A DNA stretch of 64,000 nt from Promethearchaeota archaeon (GCA_048938025.1 JBHLMP010000005.1:1-64000), one strand, 5' to 3'. Positions 19,483-30,458 are shown, counted from the first letter of the stretch. Translations and numbers: made by a program. The notes: generated by a model from the sequence alone, not told the origin.

Positions 19483-21183
19483 TTATTCTTCTTTTTTTAA
19501 TGCTTTTTCTCTTAACTTTCTACGGAAGATTTTACCTACAGTAGTGCGTGGTAATATATTAATAAATTCTATTTTTCTGGGGTATTTATATCCTGCGAGT
19601 TTTTCCTTTGACCATTCAATAATGTCCCGTTCTGTAATTTTATCTTTATATTCTGGTTTAAGCACAACATAAGCTTTAATAGTTTCCCCAACATTTGGAT
19701 CAGGAGCAGATACTACACCTACTTCTAATATTGCTGGATGTTCAATTAATTTTTCTTCAACTTCACGAGGCATTACTTTATAACCCTTATATTTAATGAT
19801 ATCCTTCGTCCGTCCCTCAATATAGAAATAACCTTGCTCATCCATTTTTGCTAAATCACCTGTTCTTAACCAGTCACCTTGTACAAATGTTTTTTTAGTA
19901 TCTTCAAGCCTTTTCCAATATCCCTTCATTACTTGGGGTCCATGGATTAATAATTCTCCTACTTCTCCTATGGGAAGCTCTGCTAAAGAATCAGGATTTA
20001 CGATTTTTGCGTCTGTATCAATACAAGGAATTCCAATACTCTCCGTTTTTATTTCAGGCAACCACTGTGGTTGGTGATGAGTAACTGGTGATGTTTCAGT
20101 TAATCCATAACCTTGACCTACTTTAAATCCAACAATTTCTTCCCACCTTTTATTTATTTCTGGAGCCAATGCAGCTGAACCAGAAGTCGCTGACTCAAGA
20201 CTTGAAAGATCTCGTTCTGTAAAGTCAGGCGAATTGACTAACATTTGAAACATTACTGGTACACCTATAAACATATCACATTTATAATATTCAATTGCTT
20301 CTAAGACTTCAGAAGGATTAAATGATTCAAACATTACTAACATTGAGACTAAAATTGAAGTTATAATTAAGACTTGAAAACCAAAAGAATGACAAATAGG
20401 GAGAACTGTTAGACTTACTCTCTCTCCATAGGCTACATCTGCATCATCTCTCGACTCACGCATATTATACATAGTACAAAGAGCATCAGCTACTAAATTG
20501 TTATGAGTTAACATCACTCCTTTAGGTAGACCTGTAGTACCACCAGTATATAGCAATGCTGCAAGGTTATTAATAGGATCTATATCCACTTCAGGAGGTT
20601 TAGGCATTTTACCATCAATAAATTCTTCTAAAGTAATTGTTTCAGGTTTTGCTTCTTCAGTTTGAAGTAATATCACGTTCTCTAATTCTATTTCTTTTCT
20701 AACTTTTTTAATAGTTCTAAAATTGTTTTTATGGACAAAAATAGTGGTTATATTTCCAGCATCCCTAATTATGTGAGATACATCAGCTTCTTTAAGAAGA
20801 GGATTTATTGGGACCACTGCTGCGCCAGTTTCCATTATTCCTAAACAACAAAATAAAAATTCAGGACAGTTACCTGTCATAATCCCTACAGCATCTCCTC
20901 TCTTCACACCCAACTCATATAATGCATTTGCGATCTTATCTGATGTATAGATCATTTCACGATATGTATACTTCTTATCAGTAGGTTTGTAATATACACA
21001 AACATTATTAAGATAATCCTTCACTCTTCGCTTTATAAGCTCATGAACGGGTATAGGTTCAAACTTTAGTGATTTTGCTATATAATCCGGTCTTAATTTT
21101 AACCATGGACGATTATGATTTTCTAAATAAGGAGATTCGTTATCATAATCTGGGATCAGTTCCCAATCTGAATAATCTTTCAT
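19483..21183 (-). CDS. long-chain fatty acid-CoA ligase (AMP-binding)
   Basis: YTGGTTGLPKG, QGYGLTE, WLRTGD, GRTKD, VGKI. Confidence 0.9.
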   Translation of the reverse strand: MKDYSDWELIPDYDNESPYLENHNRPWLKLRPDYIAKSLKFEPIPVHELIKRRVKDYLNNVCVYYKPTDKKYTYREMIYTSDKIANALYELGVKRGDAVGIMTGNCPEFLFCCLGIMETGAAVVPINPLLKEADVSHIIRDAGNITTIFVHKNNFRTIKKVRKEIELENVILLQTEEAKPETITLEEFIDGKMPKPPEVDIDPINNLAALLYTGGTTGLPKGVMLTHNNLVADALCTMYNMRESRDDADVAYGERVSLTVLPICHSFGFQVLIITSILVSMLVMFESFNPSEVLEAIEYYKCDMFIGVPVMFQMLVNSPDFTERDLSSLESATSGSAALAPEINKRWEEIVGFKVGQGYGLTETSPVTHHQPQWLPEIKTESIGIPCIDTDAKIVNPDSLAELPIGEVGELLIHGPQVMKGYWKRLEDTKKTFVQGDWLRTGDLAKMDEQGYFYIEGRTKDIIKYKGYKVMPREVEEKLIEHPAILEVGVVSAPDPNVGETIKAYVVLKPEYKDKITERDIIEWSKEKLAGYKYPRKIEFINILPRTTVGKIFRRKLREKALKKEE

Positions 21184-21390
21184 TTAAATTTCCTCTGATA
21201 TCTTTTAATAATGATTTAACTATTTTTTTTATTGTTATAAGTTAGAAATAAACTCAGTAATAGATAAGTTGATTTTAAAGATATAAAAGTCTTTTCGTAC
21301 AATATGATTTGGCTTGATGATTCTGTATTTAAAAAAAGTTAAATACTAATCATACTAAATTAGATAAAAGCTAAAATTTACTAATCAAAA

Positions 21391-22296
21391 GTGAAAATAT
21401 TGAAAGAATTGAAAGGAAAGAATTGTTTTATTACTGGAGCTGCTAGTGGAATAGGACGATCGTTTGCTATAGCTTTAGCTAATGAAGGAATGAACTTATT
21501 TATTACTGATATTAATATGGGGGATTTAAAAAGAGTAAAAGAGGAAATTGATAAAGTTGGAGTAAAAGTATATACTGGAAAATGTGATGTTGCTAATTTC
21601 AGTGATTGGGAAAACATTTCCAAGGATTTTTTCTCAAAATTTAAAGAACTTGACTTATTAATCAATAATGCCGGGACTGCAATCGGAGGAGATATATTAG
21701 AACTTGAATTAGAAGATTGGAAAAGAGTACTTGACATCAATTTATGGAGTATAATTTATTCCCTTAAAGTATTTTTACCTCATATGTATAATAAGCGCTC
21801 GGGGCATATTGTGAATGTTGCTTCTGGAGCGGGTGTCTTTGGTTCAGCAGAACCTGCCTCATATATTGCTTCGAAATTTGCTGTTGTGGGACTCTCAGAA
21901 GCACTTTTTGGGCAATTGTATAGTCAAAATATAAAAGTTTCAGTAGTAATTCCTTCATATGTAAAAACAAATATCTTTTCTAATGCCAAAATAAAATACT
22001 CTAAAGAATTAATAGAGAAATATGGTGAAGAAAAGCTAGAAGAAATTTATCGTTCATTCTTAGATGCAAGTATCAGAAATGCAATACCGCCAGATAAAGC
22101 TGTAAAGAGATACATAAGGGGGATAAAGAAGGATCAATTATATGTATATGATGTGAGAAGTGTTTTAGGACCTTTGTCGTTAAAAGCAAATCCTCAATTA
22201 TATGAAAAATTCTTGATAAATTATCATGTGAATGCTTTAAAGACAATGAAAGAACATTTTTTGAAATTTGGGATAAATGTTGATGATCATAAATAA
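21391..22296 (+). CDS. short-chain dehydrogenase/reductase
   Basis: TGAASGIG, NNAG, YIASK. Confidence 0.9.
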   Translation: MKILKELKGKNCFITGAASGIGRSFAIALANEGMNLFITDINMGDLKRVKEEIDKVGVKVYTGKCDVANFSDWENISKDFFSKFKELDLLINNAGTAIGGDILELELEDWKRVLDINLWSIIYSLKVFLPHMYNKRSGHIVNVASGAGVFGSAEPASYIASKFAVVGLSEALFGQLYSQNIKVSVVIPSYVKTNIFSNAKIKYSKELIEKYGEEKLEEIYRSFLDASIRNAIPPDKAVKRYIRGIKKDQLYVYDVRSVLGPLSLKANPQLYEKFLINYHVNALKTMKEHFLKFGINVDDHK

Positions 22297-22338
22297 GATC
22301 TCAAAAATATTAAAGTATAAAAATTAAGGTAGAAAATA

Positions 22339-23187
22339 ATGAAAGATTTTAAAGGAAAAGTGGCTGTAATTACTGGAGCTGGTAGCGGAATAGGTCTTGC
22401 ATTAGTAAATAAATGCATTAAAGAAGGACTGAAGGTAGTTCTTGCAGATATAGATGAAAGAGCTTCAAGAAGAGTCGAAAGAAAGTTAAATAAAGCAGGA
22501 GCAGAAGTATTAACAGTTGTAACAGACGTATCAAAACCTAAGGATGTTGATATGTTAGCTGCTAAAACAATTGATACTTTTGGAGAAGTCCATTTGTTAT
22601 TCAATAATGCTGGTGTTGGTAATACCAAATATACATGGAATTATACATTGAAAGATTGGGAATGGCAACTTGGAGTAAATCTTTTTGGTGTAATTTATGG
22701 AATACGAACATTTGTTCCCATAATGTTAAAACAGAATAATGAATGCTTGATAGTAAATATCGCATCTTTAGAAGGTTTAATATCCGGTTCAGGCCCCGGT
22801 GGTGCAATTTATGGAGTATCTAAACATGGTATTATTTCTTTAAGCGAAACATTAAGAATGGAATTAAACCAAATAAATGCTAAAGTTAAAGTTGCTGTAG
22901 TCTGTCCTGGTTGGGTTCACACAAAAATTTTCAGAATAAATAGAAATCGTCCAACAGAACTTAAAAATAAGCCAAATGATGAAATTGAAGATTCTAAATT
23001 AAATGATTCAGCAGAATTATTTCAAGAACTATTTGATAAATCTCCACCTATACTGCCTGAAACCGCAGCAGATAAAATATTTCAAGGTATTAAAGAAAAT
23101 GAATTCTATATCTTAACTCATAAAGATCTGGTTTTAAAAGAAAGAATAAACACGCGTTTTGATGAGATATTAAAAGCATTCGATTAA
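22339..23187 (+). CDS. short-chain dehydrogenase/reductase
   Basis: TGAGSGIG, NNAG, YGVSK. Confidence 0.9.
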   Translation: MKDFKGKVAVITGAGSGIGLALVNKCIKEGLKVVLADIDERASRRVERKLNKAGAEVLTVVTDVSKPKDVDMLAAKTIDTFGEVHLLFNNAGVGNTKYTWNYTLKDWEWQLGVNLFGVIYGIRTFVPIMLKQNNECLIVNIASLEGLISGSGPGGAIYGVSKHGIISLSETLRMELNQINAKVKVAVVCPGWVHTKIFRINRNRPTELKNKPNDEIEDSKLNDSAELFQELFDKSPPILPETAADKIFQGIKENEFYILTHKDLVLKERINTRFDEILKAFD

Positions 23188-23220
23188 TTACAAGCTCATT
23201 TTAAAAAAAAGTGAGATATT

Positions 23221-24018
23221 TTATATCTCAATATCCCATTTTAAAAAGGAATAGGGTTCAAATTTCTTTGGTTCCATCTCAGCTACAAAAGAACCTCTTA
23301 ACATGGAATTATTACCCTTTAGATAAAGTGCACCTAAAATTCGTACGATTTCAACCTCACCCCACGGATCACTGTCAGAAGATCGTAATGTTATTTCAGT
23401 GCTTCCTAGCTTGAACTCAGTAGGACGTAATACTGTTTCCTGTTGCACTAAACGAGGGGTATAATCGTAATACTGACCATCAGGTGAGGGAAAATGTTTG
23501 TAATTAAAGGATATACTTGGGATCTCTGTCACAGCACCACCACCAGTTCGTTCTGTAAATAATTGAATAAAATCAGGTGAATTAGGTCTCCCATTTAGTT
23601 TAGCTGTAACTTCAAAGAAACGTGTTCCGAGACGCTCTACCCAACCTTCAGCATCTCTTTTTTCACGTTTAAAATGGATATTAGCTATTTTTTTCGGGAA
23701 CCCAAATACTTCTCGACCACCAGCCATTGCCATATCATTGGTAACTGGCATTGCTAAGCAATAACCTCCTTCTACACCTTCAAATTCACAAGTTAGAAAT
23801 AATGCAGCTTCATTATAAGTAACACCAAAATTTGTTTTTGGATAATGTGCAACAAATGCATAAACAAATGGGGTATCGAGTGGTTTTAAAGGGGAGGGAA
23901 GTAATTTTTTAATAATTTCCGGTTTCGTTTCCCACCATACAGTTAACATCTCAGCATCATAGAAATCAGCAGTTTCTCTGCTACTCATAAATCCTCCTGA
24001 ATCTCTTAAAAAACTCAT
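23221..24018 (-). CDS. acetoacetate decarboxylase family protein
   Basis: YNEAAL, GGREVFGFPKK (Schiff-base Lys motif). Confidence 0.85.
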   Translation of the reverse strand: MSFLRDSGGFMSSRETADFYDAEMLTVWWETKPEIIKKLLPSPLKPLDTPFVYAFVAHYPKTNFGVTYNEAALFLTCEFEGVEGGYCLAMPVTNDMAMAGGREVFGFPKKIANIHFKREKRDAEGWVERLGTRFFEVTAKLNGRPNSPDFIQLFTERTGGGAVTEIPSISFNYKHFPSPDGQYYDYTPRLVQQETVLRPTEFKLGSTEITLRSSDSDPWGEVEIVRILGALYLKGNNSMLRGSFVAEMEPKKFEPYSFLKWDIEI

Positions 24019-24092
24019 AAATTTTCATCTTGGAATAATTTTTTAAAATTAATAATATTAAAACATTTCATAATAAAAGAATATCTATATAT

Positions 24093-25319
24093 TTATGATA
24101 ACGCTTGATTTAACAACTCCATTAAATCAATCATTTTAATATCAGAATTTAGCTCTTTTATTGCATCATATAGATTCCTATAACAAAAAGGGCAAATACT
24201 AACAAGATATTGTGCCCCTGTGTCTTCAGCTTCTTTCACTCTAGATTTCGCAATTTCTAATGATAGTCTGGGGAAACCTTTTTTAACTCCTCCCCCAGCA
24301 CCACAGCATTTGGTATTTTCTTTAATGGTTTTCATTTCGACTAAGTTTACGATTTTCCTTAGAATTTCTCTCGGTTCTTCATAAAGAGGATTAAATCCTT
24401 CCTTAATTCCAATATTTCGTCCTGTATGGCAAGGATCATGATAAGTTGCTGTTATGCCTAAATGATTTAACTTAATATCTTGTTTGATTGTAATTTTATG
24501 GATAAATTCAATAGAATGAAGAACTTCAATTCCTAAATCTTTCAAATAATCAATGTAATCAATTTTTAAAGTTCGATAACACCCTGCACAACTAGTTATT
24601 ATTGTTTTTACACCACTTTTTTTAAATAATTCATAATTTTTTGTAGCAACGGAGTTAAAAGCATTAAGATCCCCTGTTCTTTTCGCTACACTTCCACAAC
24701 AAACTTCAAATTCTCCATATACATTAAAATCAATATCCAATTTTTTGAGAACTTTTGCGGTATTAATAGCTACAGCCTGAATTTCTGGAGTTAACGCGGC
24801 AGTACACCCCACAAAATAAAGAATATCTGCCTTCTCTTTAGCAGCATCTTTAATTTTGAAATCTAACTTTTCTAACCAATCCCTCTTCTGTTTGTTATCT
24901 CTTTCATATGGATTTAAAAGTTCAACCATCGCTTTATTCATTGGTATATGTGCCTCCAAACCACATCCAGCATCTATTAATTCCGCTCTTAACGCCTCAT
25001 AAATAGTTGCATTATCCATATCATATGCACATGTTTCAGCACAAGCATTACACGTTGGACATTGGTACATTACTTCACCTAAATCTTTACTTAATATGAG
25101 CCTCCCTTGCCATATTGATCGTATGATCTGCATTTTTCCTCTTCCAAAAAAAGCTTCAAAACCAGACGTGTGATCTCTTGCCACACAGACACCCCACTTT
25201 TCTGGTTCTGAAGTATAGTCAGTTGCTTCTCTACAATCTCCACAACTAATACATTGTAAAATTATATCTCCTAATTTATTTAAGTGCTTGTATTTTTCTT
25301 TTGGTTTGAATTCAGTCAT
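24093..25319 (-). CDS. Fe-S oxidoreductase with CCG domains (GlcF/HdrD-like)
   Basis: CISCGDC, CPTCNACAETC, EVCCG, YHDPCH, CCGAGGG, CPFC. Confidence 0.88.
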   Translation of the reverse strand: MTEFKPKEKYKHLNKLGDIILQCISCGDCREATDYTSEPEKWGVCVARDHTSGFEAFFGRGKMQIIRSIWQGRLILSKDLGEVMYQCPTCNACAETCAYDMDNATIYEALRAELIDAGCGLEAHIPMNKAMVELLNPYERDNKQKRDWLEKLDFKIKDAAKEKADILYFVGCTAALTPEIQAVAINTAKVLKKLDIDFNVYGEFEVCCGSVAKRTGDLNAFNSVATKNYELFKKSGVKTIITSCAGCYRTLKIDYIDYLKDLGIEVLHSIEFIHKITIKQDIKLNHLGITATYHDPCHTGRNIGIKEGFNPLYEEPREILRKIVNLVEMKTIKENTKCCGAGGGVKKGFPRLSLEIAKSRVKEAEDTGAQYLVSICPFCYRNLYDAIKELNSDIKMIDLMELLNQALS

Positions 25320-25328
25320 TTTTCACAG

Positions 25329-26858
25329 CTACTCTTTTTCTTTTACAATATGTGTTGAAATATCATGATCATAACTATACATATGAAATTTCTTAGGACT
25401 TAATAGAAAATTTGGATCTACTGCTTTTTTCATATCTTTAAAGAATTTAATAAATTCTGGTGTGTAAGCATCCGCTTCTACAATTGATTGTGATATTGCT
25501 TCTCCCAGCCAATAGTGAACGCCGCCATATTTGACTTGATGTCGCAATTTCTTGTGCCATAGTTCCATAGATTTTTCACGTTGTTCATCTACATTATCAG
25601 CATTAAAACCCCCTACAATAATACAATTTCCATTAGGTAGCAGAAAAATAACAGTAGCAAATAATGAGATACTTCCAAGTGGAAGTTCACTTCTATATTT
25701 ATTGTCAAATTCTGCACTCTGTTGAGCTATTTTAGGTAGATCTGAAATTGGAATTTTATGACAGGTAGTACATGAAATTTTTGGTGGAGCAATTGAGATA
25801 TATTTATTAAAGTAGTTATATGCATATTTCAATTCAAACTTCCAATCCTTTGAGAGCTTTACTTCAGTATCTACTTCTTGCCATTCAAATGGTCGAGTAT
25901 CCTCCTTCATGATTTCGTCTATTTTTTCAAGATATATATCGAGAATTCGCACATCCATAGCTTCAACCATGATTGAAAATACATGACCTTTCAATCTTGG
26001 TCTTTTAATAGGTTTGGTCTCAACCATACCTGCCAAAAGTTGTACAACAATGAGAGGGACAACAAGTACATCATGCAATCCATCTCTTACTTCTTTTCGT
26101 AATTTGTTCATAAGTTCATATACTTTATTGTAATCATTTTTATGAAGCATATAATATCGTTGAGCTTTAAATGGAGTTTCTGGATATATTTTTAAGAATG
26201 CTTTAGTTTTAATACCCATATTTCCAACATCTCCCATAAATAGCCCCGTAAAATCTGGTGCAACTCCATATCTACAAAATGGTTTAGCATATTTATTTGC
26301 AGCAGCTCCAGTTCTTATTATTGTACCCTGTGGATTTGGTAATACAACCTCAACACCTAAACAGATATCTGGGACTAATCCATATTTAGTAGAACCAAAG
26401 CCAGCTGTACTATTTGAAAGACCTCCTCCTATAGTGGCTGAAAATCCACTTCCAGGACCTAATACCCCCGTTGTTAATCCTTTTGAATGCAATTGAGAAA
26501 TTAAATTTCCCCATGTTATTCCACACTCAACTACGCAGTAGAAATCTGTTTCATTGATTTCTATTATCTTATTCATTCTTGTCAAATCTACGAGAATACC
26601 CCCTTCTGTTACTGAACCTCCTACTAAATCTGCTCCTCCACCCCTCGGAACCATATGAATTTTGTATTTATTAGCTATTTTAACAATTTCAGAAACTTCT
26701 TCAGTGCTTTCTGGTCTTACTATCATATCTGCCCATCGATCTGGGAAGGCAGGATCAACATTACGAGAATATGCGGCCTTCATAAAATCTTTCTCTGTAA
26801 TATAATCTGATCCTACAACCTCCTCTATTTCTTTGTAAGCATTTTTTACATTCGACAT
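25329..26858 (-). CDS. FAD-binding oxidoreductase (GlcD / D-lactate dehydrogenase-like)
   Basis: VRPESTEEVSEIVK, PRGGG, ATIGG, C-terminal DPNFLLSP; operon with the CCG protein. Confidence 0.85.
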   Translation of the reverse strand: MSNVKNAYKEIEEVVGSDYITEKDFMKAAYSRNVDPAFPDRWADMIVRPESTEEVSEIVKIANKYKIHMVPRGGGADLVGGSVTEGGILVDLTRMNKIIEINETDFYCVVECGITWGNLISQLHSKGLTTGVLGPGSGFSATIGGGLSNSTAGFGSTKYGLVPDICLGVEVVLPNPQGTIIRTGAAANKYAKPFCRYGVAPDFTGLFMGDVGNMGIKTKAFLKIYPETPFKAQRYYMLHKNDYNKVYELMNKLRKEVRDGLHDVLVVPLIVVQLLAGMVETKPIKRPRLKGHVFSIMVEAMDVRILDIYLEKIDEIMKEDTRPFEWQEVDTEVKLSKDWKFELKYAYNYFNKYISIAPPKISCTTCHKIPISDLPKIAQQSAEFDNKYRSELPLGSISLFATVIFLLPNGNCIIVGGFNADNVDEQREKSMELWHKKLRHQVKYGGVHYWLGEAISQSIVEADAYTPEFIKFFKDMKKAVDPNFLLSPKKFHMYSYDHDISTHIVKEKE

Positions 26859-26967
26859 TTCTCTTTACATTTTTCAAATTTAATAATAATACAAATGAAT
26901 TTGTGAATTAATAAAATTTTACTTAATGTTTTCATTTTTTAAATTAATAAGAAGGAGGAATATCAAA

Positions 26968-27414
26968 ATGAAAACCTTAAGAGATTCAATAGAGATAAAT
27001 ACTAAACCCGAAAAAATTTTTCAATGGTTAAAAAATTTGGATAATAATTACAAAAAATGGCATAAAGATCATGTTAATTCTATTAAATTAACTGCCACAA
27101 GGGAATTAGAAATAGGAGATGTTTTTTGTTATGAAGAATATCTGCATGGGGAATTGCATAAGCTAAAGTTAAAGCTCACTAATGTTGAAGAAAATAGAGT
27201 TATTGAATTTAAGACTTTATTTCCTGCCTCTTTGATTTGTCCAAAGGGATCATTCTTAATAGAGCCTAAAAATGATAATTCCATTTTTACAGCAACTCTA
27301 ACCTTTAGAATGGGTAATATCTTCTCAAAATTTGCTAAATCTCGTGTAGAAGCTATTAAAAAACACATGAAAGAAGAAGGAGAAAACTTGAAAAGATTAT
27401 TAGAAACTGAATAA
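26968..27414 (+). CDS. SRPBCC (START-like) family protein
   Basis: SIEINTKPEKIFQWL, C-terminal HMKEEGENLKRLLE; ATG after AGGAGG. Confidence 0.75.
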   Translation: MKTLRDSIEINTKPEKIFQWLKNLDNNYKKWHKDHVNSIKLTATRELEIGDVFCYEEYLHGELHKLKLKLTNVEENRVIEFKTLFPASLICPKGSFLIEPKNDNSIFTATLTFRMGNIFSKFAKSRVEAIKKHMKEEGENLKRLLETE

Positions 27415-27477
27415 TAATTTTTTATTTATATGAATAAATCAGAAATTATTCAATTATATTTTTATTTAAAAAGAAAA

Positions 27478-28695
27478 TTATGGAAAATAAGCAGTAGGTT
27501 TCTTTTCTTCTGGAAACTTATTTACGTAACATTGAAGGGGAAAATTGCTTGGTATAGCAGCAAGACATCGATTACAAGAAATACATGCTACCTTATCTTG
27601 CTTCTCTTCCTTAAAATTTTTTACAAGTAAAGGTTCCCTGATAAAAGGACGTGCCATGGATATTAAATCAATATACTTTTTTTCTATTATTTCTTCCATG
27701 AAAGATTTATGTCTTAAACCTCCCACCAAAATTAGGGGGATATCTCCAATTATAGGTTTAATCATCTTTGCAGCTTCAAGATTATATCCTTCATCAATAT
27801 TATATTTTCCTACCATATCTTGATATATCCCTTCTACCATTGCTTTCATATAACCTGGAACAGTTTGTACAATTTCTTGTACTGGAATGTCTCCCCTACA
27901 CATATTGAATATTGAGTAAGTTGCTGAACCACAACTTATTTCTATAGCATCAATTCCTAGTTTTACTAACCACTCAGAATATTTTGCTGCCATTGATGGA
28001 GTTATACCTTCTTTTGGAGTATAATCATTGGTATTTAATTTTATCAAAAGTGGTGTGTCTGCTGGTAAAATTTTTTTGGTTTTAGTTATTATTTCCTTCA
28101 AGTATCGAAACCTTTTTTCATCAGAACCACCCCAATCATCTTGCCTGCGATTATAAAAAGGAGATAAAAATTGATTGATTAAATATCCATGAGCAGCATG
28201 TAATTGAACCGCATCTGCACCAGCTTCAACTGCACGTCTTGTAGCGATGATAAAAGCTTCTATAGATTCTTGAATATCTTCTTCAGTCATTTCTCTTGAA
28301 TAATCCATTGAAATAGGATTTATTATATCTCCAGAGGGTCCCATAGGAGTTGTTTCTATTAATCTACTAAATGTTTGCAACCCAGCGTGTACTATCTGAA
28401 ATGCAACCTTCCCTTCTTTTTCATGTATGGCATCAACAATCTTTTTCAGGCCAGGAATTAAGTCATCCTTATATATTCCTGTTTGATGTTTATATGCTTG
28501 GCCTAAAGGATGAATATACATATATCCAGGAATAATTAATCCAATTTCTCCCTTAGCAAGGGTTCTGAAGAATTTTATAAGCTCACCAGTTACTTCGCCA
28601 TCTTCTTTTGCTAGATTTTCTATTGTGGCTGACCGCACAAATCTATTATTAACTTCCATTTGTCCAATTTTCATTGGTTCGAATAAAATAGATAT
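27478..28695 (-). CDS. NADH:flavin oxidoreductase (old yellow enzyme family); probable ATA start
   Basis: NRFVRSAT, QIVHAG, QLHAAHGYL..QFLSP..N.R.D.WGG, ARPFIREP, CISCNRC; upstream in-frame ATA gives the family-typical (M)SILFEPMKIG. Confidence 0.88.
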   Translation of the reverse strand: MSILFEPMKIGQMEVNNRFVRSATIENLAKEDGEVTGELIKFFRTLAKGEIGLIIPGYMYIHPLGQAYKHQTGIYKDDLIPGLKKIVDAIHEKEGKVAFQIVHAGLQTFSRLIETTPMGPSGDIINPISMDYSREMTEEDIQESIEAFIIATRRAVEAGADAVQLHAAHGYLINQFLSPFYNRRQDDWGGSDEKRFRYLKEIITKTKKILPADTPLLIKLNTNDYTPKEGITPSMAAKYSEWLVKLGIDAIEISCGSATYSIFNMCRGDIPVQEIVQTVPGYMKAMVEGIYQDMVGKYNIDEGYNLEAAKMIKPIIGDIPLILVGGLRHKSFMEEIIEKKYIDLISMARPFIREPLLVKNFKEEKQDKVACISCNRCLAAIPSNFPLQCYVNKFPEEKKPTAYFP

Positions 28696-28834
28696 AATAC
28701 ATCACCAAATTCAATTATTTTTTAAATAATTAATAATTGATAATCATTCTTACATTTTGAATGATTATGATTTCATTAATGATGCTCAAGAAAAACTCAG
28801 AAAAAAGATAAAAAATTAAAATTTGTTATAGATA

Positions 28835-29176
28835 CTACATCCAGGATACTATTTTCGGCGTATCTATTAGAATGTCTACTAGTTCTTTATAATCTATTCC
28901 CTCAATTTTATTCCGTAAATTCATTGGATCTAAACCTCGAGCTATAATATCAGGAATCATTGCATATATGGTTATAGGCAAGTTTAATAATTCTACTAAG
29001 GATGGTGGAATTTTACTTTTTTTTGAGGTGCCTAGAACCCCGTCATGAATGAAAACAAGAATTATATTTATATATGTTTTGGATTGTACTTTTAAAATTT
29101 TAAGGAGATTGCCCAATTTATAAACAAACCTTATACTAAAACCATACAAATAAACAATAGAATCATTTTCCACCAT
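28835..29176 (-). CDS. dsrH: DsrH/TusB-like sulfur relay subunit
   Basis: IHDGV, YAMIPDIIARGL, IDYKELVDIL...VSW; third gene of an E-F-H operon. Confidence 0.75.
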   Translation of the reverse strand: MVENDSIVYLYGFSIRFVYKLGNLLKILKVQSKTYINIILVFIHDGVLGTSKKSKIPPSLVELLNLPITIYAMIPDIIARGLDPMNLRNKIEGIDYKELVDILIDTPKIVSWM

Positions 29177-29196
29177 AATTAATCTACCTTCTAAAC

Positions 29197-29565
29197 TTAA
29201 TATCTAAAACACATATCTGCTTCCATGATAAGGTTAGAAATCTCACTAACGTTAACTATTTTCAAATTATCGTATTGAATTAAATCTGAGTGAACCATTC
29301 CTGCAACTTTGAGAGCTTCATCTAGAACATATATCTCTATGTCAGAAAAATCTATTAATCTCATAATGTCTGCATAACTATCAATATTTAAAACCTCGGG
29401 ATTTAAATTTCTGTTCAAAAAGTAAATAGCATCACCCATTAAAATTACCTTAGATTTTTCAATATCTCCTACAGCTAAGATACCAGTAGCCATACGAATA
29501 GATTCGATTACGGAATTTTTTCCAATTGGAGAATCTTCACAAATAATTACAATTGACTTTACCAT
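29197..29565 (-). CDS. dsrF: DsrF/TusC-like sulfur relay subunit
   Basis: SPIG..SVIESIRMA, LMGDAIYFL, IYVLDEAL, LIMEAD. Confidence 0.75.
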   Translation of the reverse strand: MVKSIVIICEDSPIGKNSVIESIRMATGILAVGDIEKSKVILMGDAIYFLNRNLNPEVLNIDSYADIMRLIDFSDIEIYVLDEALKVAGMVHSDLIQYDNLKIVNVSEISNLIMEADMCFRY

Positions 29566-29569
29566 CGCT

Positions 29570-29938
29570 TTAACCCCCAGAACCAAAAAAAATTATTTTA
29601 TCAGATCTTGCAATCAAATCAGAAAGTCCTCCTAGGCCTTCTTGGCATGCTTCTTGAATAAATTCAGATTTCTTAATTCCTGTAAAGCTTATCCAAGTAC
29701 TGCATGCCGTAAGTTTAGCGTTATACTTTTTACAAAAATTATTAAGACGTTCTGATAAATTTCGAGTAGAAGTACCTTTAATTGATCGCTCTTTAATAGC
29801 ATGCACTCCACTTCCATATAGAAAGATACCTAAAATCTGATGACCTTTTTGTATAATAGCCTCACCTAAATTGATTAATGTATCTATAGCTTCATATTTA
29901 TAAGGCTCTGCACATATAATGAATGAAAATGTAACCAT
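29570..29938 (-). CDS. dsrE: DsrE/TusD-like sulfurtransferase subunit
   Basis: PY, GIFLYGSGV, conserved Cys in LTACST, GLGGLSDLIARSDKIIFF. Confidence 0.8.
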   Translation of the reverse strand: MVTFSFIICAEPYKYEAIDTLINLGEAIIQKGHQILGIFLYGSGVHAIKERSIKGTSTRNLSERLNNFCKKYNAKLTACSTWISFTGIKKSEFIQEACQEGLGGLSDLIARSDKIIFFGSGG

Positions 29939-30047
29939 CTTAGCGTTTTCTCTATTTCGACTAATTTATTTAAAATATTATAAATATTTGATATAATACA
30001 ATAATTAATGATAAATATTCTTAAATTTTAAATAATTAAAATTTAAT

Positions 30048-30458
30048 ATGCCAAAAACATTTCCATTGAATATTAAAGGATTTAATCCATTTGGGGATTT
30101 AATTGGTTTGAATTTTACACAATTCGAGAAAGGATATTCTCAATGTGTTTTGGAAGCTAATGAAAAGTTATTTAATCCACATAAAGTATTACATGGTGGT
30201 GTAATTTACTCAATGGCAGACACTGGTATGGGAGCCGCACTTTTTTTACATTTAGAAAAAAACGAATTATGCGCTACTATAGAAATCAAAATTATCTATT
30301 TTAAATCAATTAAATCTGGAAGTGTTACATGTAATACAAAAGTGATTCACGTGGGTAGAAAAATTGCCACATTAGAATCTGAAATTTTAAACAATAACCA
30401 ACTTGTGGCTAAGGCAATTGGAACATATTCCATCTTTAAAATCAAAAATAAACCTTAA
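30048..30458 (+). CDS. PaaI family (hotdog-fold) thioesterase
   Basis: NPHKVLHGGVIYSMADT, TIEIKI.YF. Confidence 0.9.
   Translation: MPKTFPLNIKGFNPFGDLIGLNFTQFEKGYSQCVLEANEKLFNPHKVLHGGVIYSMADTGMGAALFLHLEKNELCATIEIKIIYFKSIKSGSVTCNTKVIHVGRKIATLESEILNNNQLVAKAIGTYSIFKIKNKP

Noticed and set aside
28835-29938. Dissimilatory sulfur oxidation or reduction inferred from dsrEFH
   Set aside because: No dsrAB, dsrC or dsrMKJOP in the window; the context is assimilatory (cysE/cysK)
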